Positions 17,765-25,909 of a DNA stretch of 45,789 nt are shown one piece after another. Position numbers and translations under genes: made by a program. The first letter of the stretch is position 1. Every line of letters begins with the position of its first letter. The DNA is from Lentisphaeria bacterium (GTDB taxonomy: Bacteria > Verrucomicrobiota > Lentisphaeria > Victivallales > Victivallaceae): positions 1-45,789 of the forward strand of contig JAFTDL010000352.1 of NCBI GenBank assembly GCA_017454215.1, written 5' to 3'. The notes beneath the pieces were generated by a model, which was not told where the DNA came from, did not search any database, and was given only the letters and a program-made list of their open reading frames with translations.

Positions 17765-18169
17765 ATGCACGGAATGGAAGTTTCACTGTCCTCGTTCTGG
17801 CTGGTCGCCATCATGATCTGCGTCATACTGCTCATCCTCGTGGCCCAGATATCCCATTTTTACGCAAAATTTCAGGAAGCCCGCAAGGACTACGAAGCCA
17901 ACATGATCGGGCTGGCCGGCCAGCTCAAGAAACTGCAGACCACCCTCAGCGAACAGCTGGGCGAACAGCGTCGGCTCCTCCGCCAGCAGGGCGAACTGCT
18001 CGAACTCAAGCGCGCCGAGATGACCGGGGATTTCGAGATCGTCGAAGAACCCGTCCCCGCCGCCGCGCCCAGGCCTCCGCAGGCCGCCGCCGCGCCTGAA
18101 GAGGCCCAAACGCCTCCCGCTCCGCCCCACCAGCCCGGGAAGAAGTTCCCCGACATAAATCTGGGCTGA
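17765..18169 (+). CDS. Hypothetical bitopic membrane protein with a coiled-coil and a Pro/Ala-rich tail
   Basis: TM helix FWLVAIMICVILLILVAQI. Heptad-like segment LAGQLKKLQTTLSEQLGEQRRLLRQQGELLELKRAEM. Then a PAAAPRPPQAAAAPEEAQTPPAPP tail. The stop lies 2 nt before the rsmA GTG start. I recognise no family. Confidence 0.55.
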   Translation: MHGMEVSLSSFWLVAIMICVILLILVAQISHFYAKFQEARKDYEANMIGLAGQLKKLQTTLSEQLGEQRRLLRQQGELLELKRAEMTGDFEIVEEPVPAAAPRPPQAAAAPEEAQTPPAPPHQPGKKFPDINLG

Positions 18170-18171
18170 CC

Positions 18172-18987
18172 GTGAGAAAAAAGGAACTCCTGACCGAACT
18201 GGAGAAGCTGGGCATGCGCCCCGGCCGCGGTCTGGGACAGAATTTTCTGATCGACGGAAATCTGCTTGACTGGATCGTCCGCCGCGCTGCCCCGGTCCGC
18301 GGCGAGGAGATCCTCGAAGTCGGACCCGGTTTCGGTGCTCTCACCGGCAGACTTCTCGAGACCGGCGCCCGGGTCACCGCCGTCGAATTCGATCACCGGC
18401 TCGCCGATTACCTCCGCGAGAAATACAGGGACCCCCGGCTGCGCCTGGTCGAAGCCGACGCCTGCAAGGTGGATTACGCCTCCCTCTTTCCCGAAGGGAC
18501 CGCCTTCCGCGCCGTCGCCAATCTGCCCTATGCCATAAGTTCGGTGTTCATCGCCCGCATGCTCGAGATCCCCCGCGGCCCCGGATTCATGCTCTTCATG
18601 CTCCAGCGCGAAATGGGCGAGCGTCTCGCCGCCGTTCCCGGCTCGAAGGAGTACGGTTCGCTCTCGGTGCGCGCCTCCCTCGATCACGAGGTGCGCATCG
18701 AGAAGATCGTGCCTGCGGCGGTGTTCTATCCGGAGCCGGGAGTCGAATCGGCCCTCGTCTCGCTGACCCGCGTCCGCACACGGCCGCCGGAGGAGTTGCG
18801 CCGCATCGCCGGGCTCACCAAACTCGTGTTCTCCCGGCGCCGCAAGCAGATGGGCAAAGTCCTCGCCGCGAGTTACGGCAGGGAGCGGGTGGAAAAGGCC
18901 TTTGCCGCCGCCGGGCTCGCGTGGGAGATCCGCCCCGACCGCGTCGCCCCCGAAGGATTCGCCGCCCTTGCGGGAGCCCTGGCATGA
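18172..18987 (+). CDS. rsmA: 16S rRNA (adenine1518/1519-N6)-dimethyltransferase
   Basis: GTG start. Motifs: LGQNFL, SAM-binding EVGPGFGALT, catalytic NLPY. Confidence 0.9.
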   Translation: MRKKELLTELEKLGMRPGRGLGQNFLIDGNLLDWIVRRAAPVRGEEILEVGPGFGALTGRLLETGARVTAVEFDHRLADYLREKYRDPRLRLVEADACKVDYASLFPEGTAFRAVANLPYAISSVFIARMLEIPRGPGFMLFMLQREMGERLAAVPGSKEYGSLSVRASLDHEVRIEKIVPAAVFYPEPGVESALVSLTRVRTRPPEELRRIAGLTKLVFSRRRKQMGKVLAASYGRERVEKAFAAAGLAWEIRPDRVAPEGFAALAGALA

Positions 18988-19679
18988 AGAACCTCAGGAC
19001 CAACGCCCTCCGTCTGCTCTCCGCAGCCGGGATCGCCTGCGAGGAACGCTTCTACGACGTTTCCGACGGCCGCATCGACGCCCTCGCCATCGCCGAAAAA
19101 CTCCGCGAATCCCCCGATCAGGTCTTCAAAACTCTCGTCACCTGTTCCAACAGGGGGGAGCATTTCGTTTTCGTCGTCCCCGCCGCGGCGGAGCTGGACC
19201 TCAAAAAAGCCGCGGCGGCGGCCGGGACAAAAAGCATCGGAATGATCCCGCAGAAGGCCCTTCTGCCCCTGACCGGATACGTTCACGGCGGCTGCTCTCC
19301 CGTGGGCATGAAAAAGTTTTTTCCCACCTTCATCGACGAAACGGCCCGGCTTTTCGACTACATCTGCGTCAGCGCCGGAGCCGTCGGCGCCAACATGGCC
19401 GTCGATCCCGACGCCCTCTGCCGCTTCCTCCCCGCTTCCTACGCCGACCTCGCCGTTTTCCGGTATGCTTTGTTCCCGGCGATACGGGAGCGGTCCGTTA
19501 CCCGTCTGCGCGATACGGGCCGGGCCTTTCACCGGCCCGTGCGGGGAACAGAGCCGAAAAAATATATTTTTTCTTCGACAATGGGAAATATGCGCCTTGA
19601 ATTTCGCTGTTTCCTCCGTATATTATATTCAGTATTGTCACAATGCGAACGGTCAACGTATTTCAACATCAAATTTTGA
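18984..19679 (+). CDS. ybaK: Cys-tRNA(Pro)/Cys-tRNA(Cys) deacylase YbaK-like, with a roughly 73-aa C-terminal extension
   Basis: ATG 18984 overlaps the rsmA stop (ATGA). YbaK-family segments: QVFKTLV, FVFVVPAAAELDLKKAA, TGYVHGGCSPVGMKK, YICVSAG. Family-like sequence ends near residue 158 (about nt 19458). The frame stays open to 19679. Confidence 0.8.
   Translation: MKNLRTNALRLLSAAGIACEERFYDVSDGRIDALAIAEKLRESPDQVFKTLVTCSNRGEHFVFVVPAAAELDLKKAAAAAGTKSIGMIPQKALLPLTGYVHGGCSPVGMKKFFPTFIDETARLFDYICVSAGAVGANMAVDPDALCRFLPASYADLAVFRYALFPAIRERSVTRLRDTGRAFHRPVRGTEPKKYIFSSTMGNMRLEFRCFLRILYSVLSQCERSTYFNIKF
19597..19624 (+). promoter_or_regulatory. Sigma70-like promoter upstream of the LysM/ATPase operon
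   Basis: TTGAAT (19597-19602), 16-nt spacer, TATATT (19619-19624), in an AT-rich patch. It lies inside the ybaK 3-prime extension. Confidence 0.4.
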
Positions 19680-19698
19680 AAAGGGCGGGAGTGTGAAA

Positions 19699-20802
19699 AT
19701 GAAAAAAAGCGGTGTTTTTCTGGCGTTTGCCGGTCTGGCGGTCCTGGCGGGATGCCGAAGCGAGGTGATGGATGATCGCAAGTATGCGCCTCTCAAAGAC
19801 GAAGCGGATGTGTCCCAGACACGCCGGATGGATGATATGAGTTCTCAGCAGGGCACGCAGTCCGTTCCCCAGCCGGGACCGGATGTTTCCCCGGCACCGG
19901 CACCGGCGGCGGCTCCCGCCGCGGCGACTGAGGCCGATCCCGTTCCGGCCCGGACTCAGGCGCCGGCGAGACCGGCTTTCGCACCGATGGAAAAGAGAGA
20001 TTATCCCGTGGGACTTGCCTCCGACGGCCGGGGCGCTTCCCGCAGGGGTTCCGCGGTCAGAGGCGGTGAAAAGGGCACTTACGTGGTCAAGGTCGGCGAC
20101 AATCCCGGCAAGATCGCGCGCCGCTTCAACATCTCCGTCAAGGCCCTCCTCGACGCCAACAACATGACCGAAAAGGACGCCAAAAAGCTTTATGTGGGCC
20201 GCAAGCTCGTCATTCCCGCCGGAGGAAAAGCCGCGCGGAGTTCCGAGTCCCGCGGCGGCAAAGCCGGTAAGAAAGGCAAAGCCGAAACCTCCGCCACGTC
20301 CGCCAAAGGCGGCGTCTACGTGGTCCAGCCCGGAGATTTTCCGGAGCGCATCGCCCGCCGCAACAAGGTGAAGCTGTCCGATCTGCTCAGGGCGAACGAC
20401 CTGACGGTCGAATCCAGCCGCAAGCTCAGGGTCGGTCAGAAGCTGGTGATCCCCGGCGCGGGAAGCACGGCGGTCGCCGCGGCCAAGCCCAAGGCGAAGA
20501 AGTCCGCCGCCGCGGCTGCGGCTCCTGCCGAAACTGCGCCCGCCGCGCCGGCGGACGGCGTGAAAACGGCGGACAAGCTTGCCGACGACCTCGAAAATAA
20601 CATGCCCGCGGCCAAGCCCGCCGCCGACGAAGCCAAAAACGAAACGGATCTTCTGGAGGTCCCCGAGGATACCACCCTTAAAGCTCTCGCGGCCAAATAC
20701 AACACCACCGAGAGCAGACTGCGCAGTCTCAACGATAATTTCGCCGGAGACACGGTGCCGAAAGGGACCATCTTCTTCGTTCCTGCCCAACTGAAAAAGT
20801 AA
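19699..20802 (+). CDS. Lipoprotein with three LysM peptidoglycan-binding domains
   Basis: ORF 19465..20802 trimmed to ATG 19699 (MKKSGVFLAFAGLAVLAGC, lipobox LAGC). LysM repeats: YVVKVGDNPGKIARRFNISVKALLDANN...GRKLVIP, YVVQPGDFPERIARRNKVKLSDLLRANDL...GQKLVIP, and LEVPEDTTLKALAAKYNTTESRLRSLND...GTIFFVP. They are separated by Ala/Pro/Lys-rich linkers. Confidence 0.85.
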   Translation: MKKSGVFLAFAGLAVLAGCRSEVMDDRKYAPLKDEADVSQTRRMDDMSSQQGTQSVPQPGPDVSPAPAPAAAPAAATEADPVPARTQAPARPAFAPMEKRDYPVGLASDGRGASRRGSAVRGGEKGTYVVKVGDNPGKIARRFNISVKALLDANNMTEKDAKKLYVGRKLVIPAGGKAARSSESRGGKAGKKGKAETSATSAKGGVYVVQPGDFPERIARRNKVKLSDLLRANDLTVESSRKLRVGQKLVIPGAGSTAVAAAKPKAKKSAAAAAAPAETAPAAPADGVKTADKLADDLENNMPAAKPAADEAKNETDLLEVPEDTTLKALAAKYNTTESRLRSLNDNFAGDTVPKGTIFFVPAQLKK

Positions 20803-20823
20803 GACGGCCGAGGGGAGAGCGCC

Positions 20824-22308
20824 TTGGAGTACAATCCCGTCACACTCATTCTTCTGCTGGCATGGCTTTTGTGCGGCATCCGCGTGCTGGACAAAGTCAA
20901 CGCGTCTCCTGCGAAATGGCGGAGGAAAAAAGAGGATGACGGGAAGCACGGCATCGAGTGGCTGATCCTCTTTTTCGGCCCCGTCTTTCTGCTCGTCACG
21001 GCCGGGAAAGAATTCTGGGAGACCCGTCTGCAGAATGTGTTCGTGCGGGTGAAACGCCGGGCCAGATACGGCGGTATCACGATCCTCGACTCCCGCGGCA
21101 GTCCGCTGTACGGAGACGACTGCGACAACCCCGCCGTCGACGCCTTCAAGGATATCTTTCTGGAAGCCGCGAAGAGAGGCGCCAGCGACGTTTTCTTCGA
21201 TCCGGCGCCGGAAGGCGGCACCGCGCTGCGTTTCCGCATCGACGGAATTCTCGTTGCGCAGGAACCCCTCGTCTCCGGTCTCGGTGAAAATGTCATCAGC
21301 GCCGTCAAGGTCGCCGCGGGAATGAACATCGCCGAAAAACGTCGCCCCCAGGACGGCGCGTTTTCGGCGATGATCTCCGGCAGACCTGTGTCGTTCCGCG
21401 TCGCCTCCGCAGGAGCCGCCGGCGGAGAGAAACTCACCGTTCGTCTGCTGGGCGCCGGGTCCGCCCCGCGGACACTTGACGAGATCGGTTTCAGCGACGA
21501 TCAGCTCCGGCTGCTGAAGCGCTCCGTTTCTCTCTCGTCGGGAATGATCTTGATATGCGGCGCCACGGGCAGCGGAAAGACCACCACGCTGTACGGGCTG
21601 ATCGAAAATATCGACTTTTCGCTCAAAAACGTCATCTCCATCGAAGATCCGGTGGAGCGCGTCATTCCCGGGGTGAGCCAGATGGAGGTCAATGCCGCCG
21701 CGGGGATCACCTTTGCCGGTCTTCTGCGCAACGCCCTGCGCCAGAATCCCGACGTCATCTGCCTCGGCGAGATACGCGACGAGGAGACTGCGCAGATCGC
21801 CGTTCACGCGGCGCAAACCGGACACCTGATCGTCTCGACCATTCACGGAAACGATGCCGTGGACACCTTCGACCGCCTGACCGGCCTCGGCGTTCCCCTG
21901 CGCAGTCTGGCCGCCACGGTCAGGATCATCGTCAATCAGCGCATGGCCCGCAGACTGTGCAGAAAATGCCGGGCACCCCTGCCGGAACTTCCCGAAAAAT
22001 GGCGCGCCATCTTCGCCGAAAACAAAATCGATCCCTCCGGCGTCTGCCGGGCCGTCGGCTGTCCCGAGTGCGGCGGCACGGGTTTTCAGGGCCGCGCAGC
22101 CTGTTTCGAAATGCTCGTCGTCGACAGCGAACTCAGGGAAGAACTGGAACAGGAAAATGTTTCGCTGTCGAAGATCAGACAGTTCGCGCAGGCGAGGGGC
22201 GCATCCGGCAGTTTGCCGATCCACGGCGCCCGTCTGGCCGCCGAAGGCATCACCTCGCTGGACGAGATCGACCGGATAACCCTTTCTCTCGACGGAGACA
22301 CAATATGA
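20824..22308 (+). CDS. GspE/PilB-type secretion ATPase with an N-terminal two-helix membrane anchor instead of the usual N1 domain
   Basis: TTG start with AGGGGAGAG 4-5 nt upstream. Predicted TM helices VTLILLLAWLLCGIRVL and WLILFFGPVFLLVTAG. Walker A GATGSGKTT (21559-21585), Asp box ISIEDPVE, Walker B DVICLGEIRDEE, His box TGHLIVSTIHGND. Tetracysteine motif CRKC...CPEC (21958-22071), characteristic of assembly-type ATPases. Confidence 0.9.
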   Translation: MEYNPVTLILLLAWLLCGIRVLDKVNASPAKWRRKKEDDGKHGIEWLILFFGPVFLLVTAGKEFWETRLQNVFVRVKRRARYGGITILDSRGSPLYGDDCDNPAVDAFKDIFLEAAKRGASDVFFDPAPEGGTALRFRIDGILVAQEPLVSGLGENVISAVKVAAGMNIAEKRRPQDGAFSAMISGRPVSFRVASAGAAGGEKLTVRLLGAGSAPRTLDEIGFSDDQLRLLKRSVSLSSGMILICGATGSGKTTTLYGLIENIDFSLKNVISIEDPVERVIPGVSQMEVNAAAGITFAGLLRNALRQNPDVICLGEIRDEETAQIAVHAAQTGHLIVSTIHGNDAVDTFDRLTGLGVPLRSLAATVRIIVNQRMARRLCRKCRAPLPELPEKWRAIFAENKIDPSGVCRAVGCPECGGTGFQGRAACFEMLVVDSELREELEQENVSLSKIRQFAQARGASGSLPIHGARLAAEGITSLDEIDRITLSLDGDTI

Positions 22309-22901
22309 CAGGACTTCTCGTTTTCATGGGCATTCCCCTGCTTTTCGCTCTCATGGCCCTGCAGTCGCCGTTTTTTCAGAACTGGCGTTTCTTCGTCGCT
22401 CTGTCGGCCTCGGTCTATTTCGCGCTGTGGACAGGATCCCTGCACCGGGCGGTCCTGCCGCTGCTGACGGGGGAGTTTTCCCCCTGGGCCCCGGTCATCG
22501 CCATCGGCGGCGCGGCGTTTCTGTGCTGCTCGGTTCTGCTTAAGATCGCTTCGGATCTCTCCTCCCACGGCGGCGGCGGATATCATCTGCCGGGCAAAAA
22601 AAATCTGCTGGTCCCCGTTACGGGATTTCTCTCGGGCTACGTTGTCTCGGGTCTGGCCGCATATCTGCTCTGCATCTCCCCCCTGCACGAAACCGTCGCG
22701 CGGGACAAGGCCTTTGCCGACCGGGCCGTGGACCGGGTGCTGGTGTTCACCCGCGTCATCGACCGGATGACTTTTCAGCGTATTCCGGCATCTTCCCGCA
22801 GAAGCTGCCTGATGGCGCGGATCAAGACGCCGCCCCCCGCGGCGTCCGCGTCCGAAAATTCTTCCGCCGCAGAAAAAACAACCGAAAATAAAGGAAAATG
22901 A
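22305..22901 (+). CDS. Hypothetical 4-TM inner-membrane protein (CvpA-like topology, family unverified)
   Basis: Last 198 codons of ORF 21555..22901. ATG 22305 overlaps the upstream stop (ATGA). Four hydrophobic helices: LLVFMGIPLLFALMAL, FFVALSASVYFALWTG, VIAIGGAAFLCCSVLLKIA, VTGFLSGYVVSGLAAYLLCI. A hydrophilic C-terminal tail follows. Confidence 0.6.
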   Translation: MTGLLVFMGIPLLFALMALQSPFFQNWRFFVALSASVYFALWTGSLHRAVLPLLTGEFSPWAPVIAIGGAAFLCCSVLLKIASDLSSHGGGGYHLPGKKNLLVPVTGFLSGYVVSGLAAYLLCISPLHETVARDKAFADRAVDRVLVFTRVIDRMTFQRIPASSRRSCLMARIKTPPPAASASENSSAAEKTTENKGK

Positions 22902-22904
22902 CCC

Positions 22905-25094
22905 ATGACCATCGGAGAACTTCTGGTTTACGCCTCCACCAGCGGGGCATCCGATCTTTTCATCACTTCGGGCAAGGCCCCCTCTTTCCGGATCAACGGC
23001 GAACTGACCGTGAGCGGGGAACAGCCCGCGGCGGCCGGAGACATCGACGATTTCCGCCGCAGCGTCATCGCCGGGGAAGACGAGGCGCGTTATCAGCAGA
23101 CGGGGAGCGCGGAATCGGCCTTTTCTCTCTCGACGGGCGAAAGGTTCCGGGTGAACTTCTTCCTGACCTCGGGCGGACCCGGTTTCGCCGCCCGCCCGCT
23201 TCCCTCCGGGGGCGATCTTTACATCGAATCTCTCGGTCTGCCTCAGGTGCTGGGAGAGATCTGTGCGCAGAAACACGGTCTTGTCATCGTTGCAGGCACC
23301 AGCCGGTGCGGCAAATCGACCACGCTCGGCGCGCTGATCAACCAGATCAACATGACGGAAAACCGCCACATCATCACGCTGGAAAACCCCGTTGAATTTC
23401 TCTTTCCGGACCAGACGGGCGTCGTTACCCAGCGGGCCGTGGCCGGAGGAAATTTTGCCGAAGCCATCCGCAGCGCCCGGCATGAAAGTGCCGACGTCAT
23501 CGCCGTCGGCGATCTGCCCGACCGGGATTCCGTGCGGGCCGCCGTCAAAGCCGCCCTCAACGGCCAGCTGGTCATCGCCGTCATGGTTTCTCCCGACGCC
23601 GTTTCGGCGATAACGAAACTCATCAGGATCTTCCCCGAAGAGGAGCGGACGCAGGCCGCCTCCGACCTCGGACGTGTGCTCGTTGCGGTCATGGCCCAGC
23701 GCCTTGTCCCCCGTCAGGACGGCGCGGGACTGGTCGCCGCAGTGGAATTGCTCCGCTGCACCGACGCGGTCAGGAAACTCGTCGAAGAACAGGATTTCGC
23801 CGCGATCCGGGAAACGCTGAGCCGTGCCGGCGGCAACGGAACGGTCAGTTTCAACCGGGCCCTCTTCTATCTGATCCGCGACGGTTACCTCGACGCCGCC
23901 CGCGCCGCGGAGTTCAGCGACACGCCCGACGAACTCGAACTGCTGGTCAAAGGAATGGATTCACAGACCAACGAAAAACAGTACGGCACCCCCGACGACG
24001 CCGCCGAAGGAGACGTGGTGGACCTGCCGAAACTTCTGCGTTCGGCCATCAAGCTCGGGGCATCCGATCTTCACATTTCGGTCAACGCCCACCCCATGAT
24101 GCGCGTCCACGGCGAACTGCGTTCGCTGGGATTGCCGAAACTCAGGCCGCAGGACACCAGGCGTCTCCTCTTCGGCATGCTCACGCCCCAGCAGAAGATC
24201 GCCTTCGAAACGAGCAAGGAACTCGACCTGGCCCTCACCGTCGAAGGCAAACCCGATGAAAACGGCGAGAGGGAGGTGAGCCGTTTCCGCGTCAACGCCT
24301 ACTACCAGCGGGGCTACGTGGGGATCGTCGCCCGCGTCATCACGACGAACATTCCCTCTCCCGAATCGCTGAATCTGCCGGAGCCGATCGTCAATCTCTG
24401 CGAGAAAAAGCAGGGGCTCATTCTCGTTACCGGTCCCACGGGAAGCGGCAAATCAACCACGCTGGCCAGTTTGATCGACCGCATCAACAGCACCCGGGCC
24501 GAACACATCATCACCATCGAGGATCCCATCGAGTACGTGCACAGGAACAAGAAGAGCCTGATCCAGCAGCGGGAACTCAACGCCGACACCATGAGTTTCT
24601 CAAGGGCGCTCAAATCCGCCCTGCGTCAGGATCCGGACGTGATCCTCGTGGGTGAAATGCGCGACCCCGAAACCATATCCGCCGCCCTCACCGCCGCGGA
24701 AACCGGCCACCTGGTCATGGCCACGCTGCACACCAACAGCGCCGCCCAGACCATCGACCGCATCATCGACACCTTCCCCTCGGAGCAGCAGAACCAGATC
24801 AGGCTCCAGCTTTCAAGCTGTGTCATAGGCATCATTTCTCAGCGGCTCCTGATGCGGGCCGACACCGACGGACGGGTGGCTGCCTTCGAGATCCTCATCG
24901 GCACCCCGCCCGTTCAGGCGCTGATCCGCGACGGCAAGACCAGTCAGCTCACCTCGGTCATGGAGACCGGTTTCAAGGACGGCATGATCACCATGCGCCG
25001 CTCCCTTGAGGAACTCCTCGCGCAGGGCCTCATTTACGAAGAGGATGCCAAGGCGCTCTCGCTCGACGCCGTCGAAGTCCAGTCTTTTGAATAA
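22905..25094 (+). CDS. Tandem PilT/PilU-type ATPase fusion (degenerate N-terminal copy plus canonical C-terminal copy), 729 aa
   Basis: One continuous ORF.
- N-half (aa 1-350): Walker A AGTSRCGKST is retained. The Asp box is TLENPVEF. Walker B is DVIAVGDLPD (Glu to Asp, Arg to Pro). The His box is NGQLVIAVMVS (both His lost).
- A roughly 20-aa acidic linker follows.
- C-half (aa 372-729): canonical GPTGSGKST (24432-24458), TIEDPIEY, DVILVGEMRDPET, TGHLVMATLHTN, and a PilT-like VQALIRDGK. Confidence 0.9.
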   Translation: MTIGELLVYASTSGASDLFITSGKAPSFRINGELTVSGEQPAAAGDIDDFRRSVIAGEDEARYQQTGSAESAFSLSTGERFRVNFFLTSGGPGFAARPLPSGGDLYIESLGLPQVLGEICAQKHGLVIVAGTSRCGKSTTLGALINQINMTENRHIITLENPVEFLFPDQTGVVTQRAVAGGNFAEAIRSARHESADVIAVGDLPDRDSVRAAVKAALNGQLVIAVMVSPDAVSAITKLIRIFPEEERTQAASDLGRVLVAVMAQRLVPRQDGAGLVAAVELLRCTDAVRKLVEEQDFAAIRETLSRAGGNGTVSFNRALFYLIRDGYLDAARAAEFSDTPDELELLVKGMDSQTNEKQYGTPDDAAEGDVVDLPKLLRSAIKLGASDLHISVNAHPMMRVHGELRSLGLPKLRPQDTRRLLFGMLTPQQKIAFETSKELDLALTVEGKPDENGEREVSRFRVNAYYQRGYVGIVARVITTNIPSPESLNLPEPIVNLCEKKQGLILVTGPTGSGKSTTLASLIDRINSTRAEHIITIEDPIEYVHRNKKSLIQQRELNADTMSFSRALKSALRQDPDVILVGEMRDPETISAALTAAETGHLVMATLHTNSAAQTIDRIIDTFPSEQQNQIRLQLSSCVIGIISQRLLMRADTDGRVAAFEILIGTPPVQALIRDGKTSQLTSVMETGFKDGMITMRRSLEELLAQGLIYEEDAKALSLDAVEVQSFE

Positions 25095-25108
25095 GGGGGA
25101 AAACAGTC

Positions 25109-25909
25109 ATGCGACAGAGAATGCTGCTTCTGCTGGCCGTCATCTTCGGCCTGCTGGCTTTCGTGCTGACCTATCAGCAGATCGAGGCGGAAAAACGGCG
25201 CATCGCGGGGGACTCCGAAACGGCGATCCTCATTCAGGTGACGCGCAACATGGTCGAGGGCGAGACGCTGACCGAAAAGGACGTGGCCCGCTACACGGTC
25301 AAACGCCGCCGCGAAGCCATGGCCAACAGCCGCGAGATCCCCTGGTCGCAGCTGTACAGGGTGGTCAACCACAAACTCGACACCTCCATCAACAGGGGAC
25401 AGATCCTCCAGACCACCGACATCAAGTTCGGTTCCCGGCGCAACGGTTTCAGCGGCATCGTTCAGGACGGCTGGCGGGCGGTCTCCATTCCCGTCGATCC
25501 CGTTTCGTCGGTCAACAACCTCATCCAGCCCAACGACAACGTGGACGTCATCGGGACCTTCCGTTTCCCCGACGTGCGGGGCGACAGCGCCCTCGACACG
25601 GTCACGCTGACCATCCTGCAGGACGTGAAAGTCCTTGCCGTGGGCAGCCGCTGGCAGTCCGCCGCGGCCGCCGAACAGAACGCCCCGCGGACCTACGGCA
25701 CCGTCACGCTGCAGCTGATGCCCGACGAGGTGGAAATGCTCATTTTCGCCTCGCAGAAGGGCAAGATAACCCTCTCTCTGCGCAACTTCGAGGATACCCG
25801 GATCGCCCGCGACATCGAGAAGCGCAGCGTCAACTTCAAACTGCTCGAAAAAGAGATACCCGGCTACAACAAACGCCGCGAAGACCGCCGCAACAGGAGG
25901 ATGAAGTGA
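25109..25909 (+). CDS. cpaB: Flp/Tad pilus assembly protein CpaB (RcpC)-like
   Basis: N-terminal TM helix MLLLLAVIFGLLAFVL. SAF-like domain (VTRNMVEGETLTEKDV). RcpC-like C-terminus (DVIGTFRF..., VLQDVKVLAVG, TLQLMPDEVEMLIFASQKGKITLSLR). AAGGGGGA Shine-Dalgarno. Confidence 0.85.
   Translation: MRQRMLLLLAVIFGLLAFVLTYQQIEAEKRRIAGDSETAILIQVTRNMVEGETLTEKDVARYTVKRRREAMANSREIPWSQLYRVVNHKLDTSINRGQILQTTDIKFGSRRNGFSGIVQDGWRAVSIPVDPVSSVNNLIQPNDNVDVIGTFRFPDVRGDSALDTVTLTILQDVKVLAVGSRWQSAAAAEQNAPRTYGTVTLQLMPDEVEMLIFASQKGKITLSLRNFEDTRIARDIEKRSVNFKLLEKEIPGYNKRREDRRNRRMK

Noticed and set aside
19669-22224. 851-aa minus-strand ORF.
   Set aside because: It is antisense to the LysM and GspE-like genes, which have unambiguous LysM repeats and Walker, Asp-box and His-box motifs. 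The antisense translation is Gly/Arg/Ala-rich with no motifs.
21555-22304. First 250 codons of ORF 21555..22901.
   Set aside because: This is an alternative frame inside the GspE-like gene and is extremely Arg-rich. Only the last 198 codons, from ATG 22305, are hydrophobic and membrane-protein-like.
25006-25905. First 300 codons of ORF 25006..27624.
   Set aside because: This is an alternative frame across the pilT 3-prime end and all of cpaB, and it is Arg/Gln/Pro-rich. The real CDS starts at GTG 25906 with CAGGAGG upstream.
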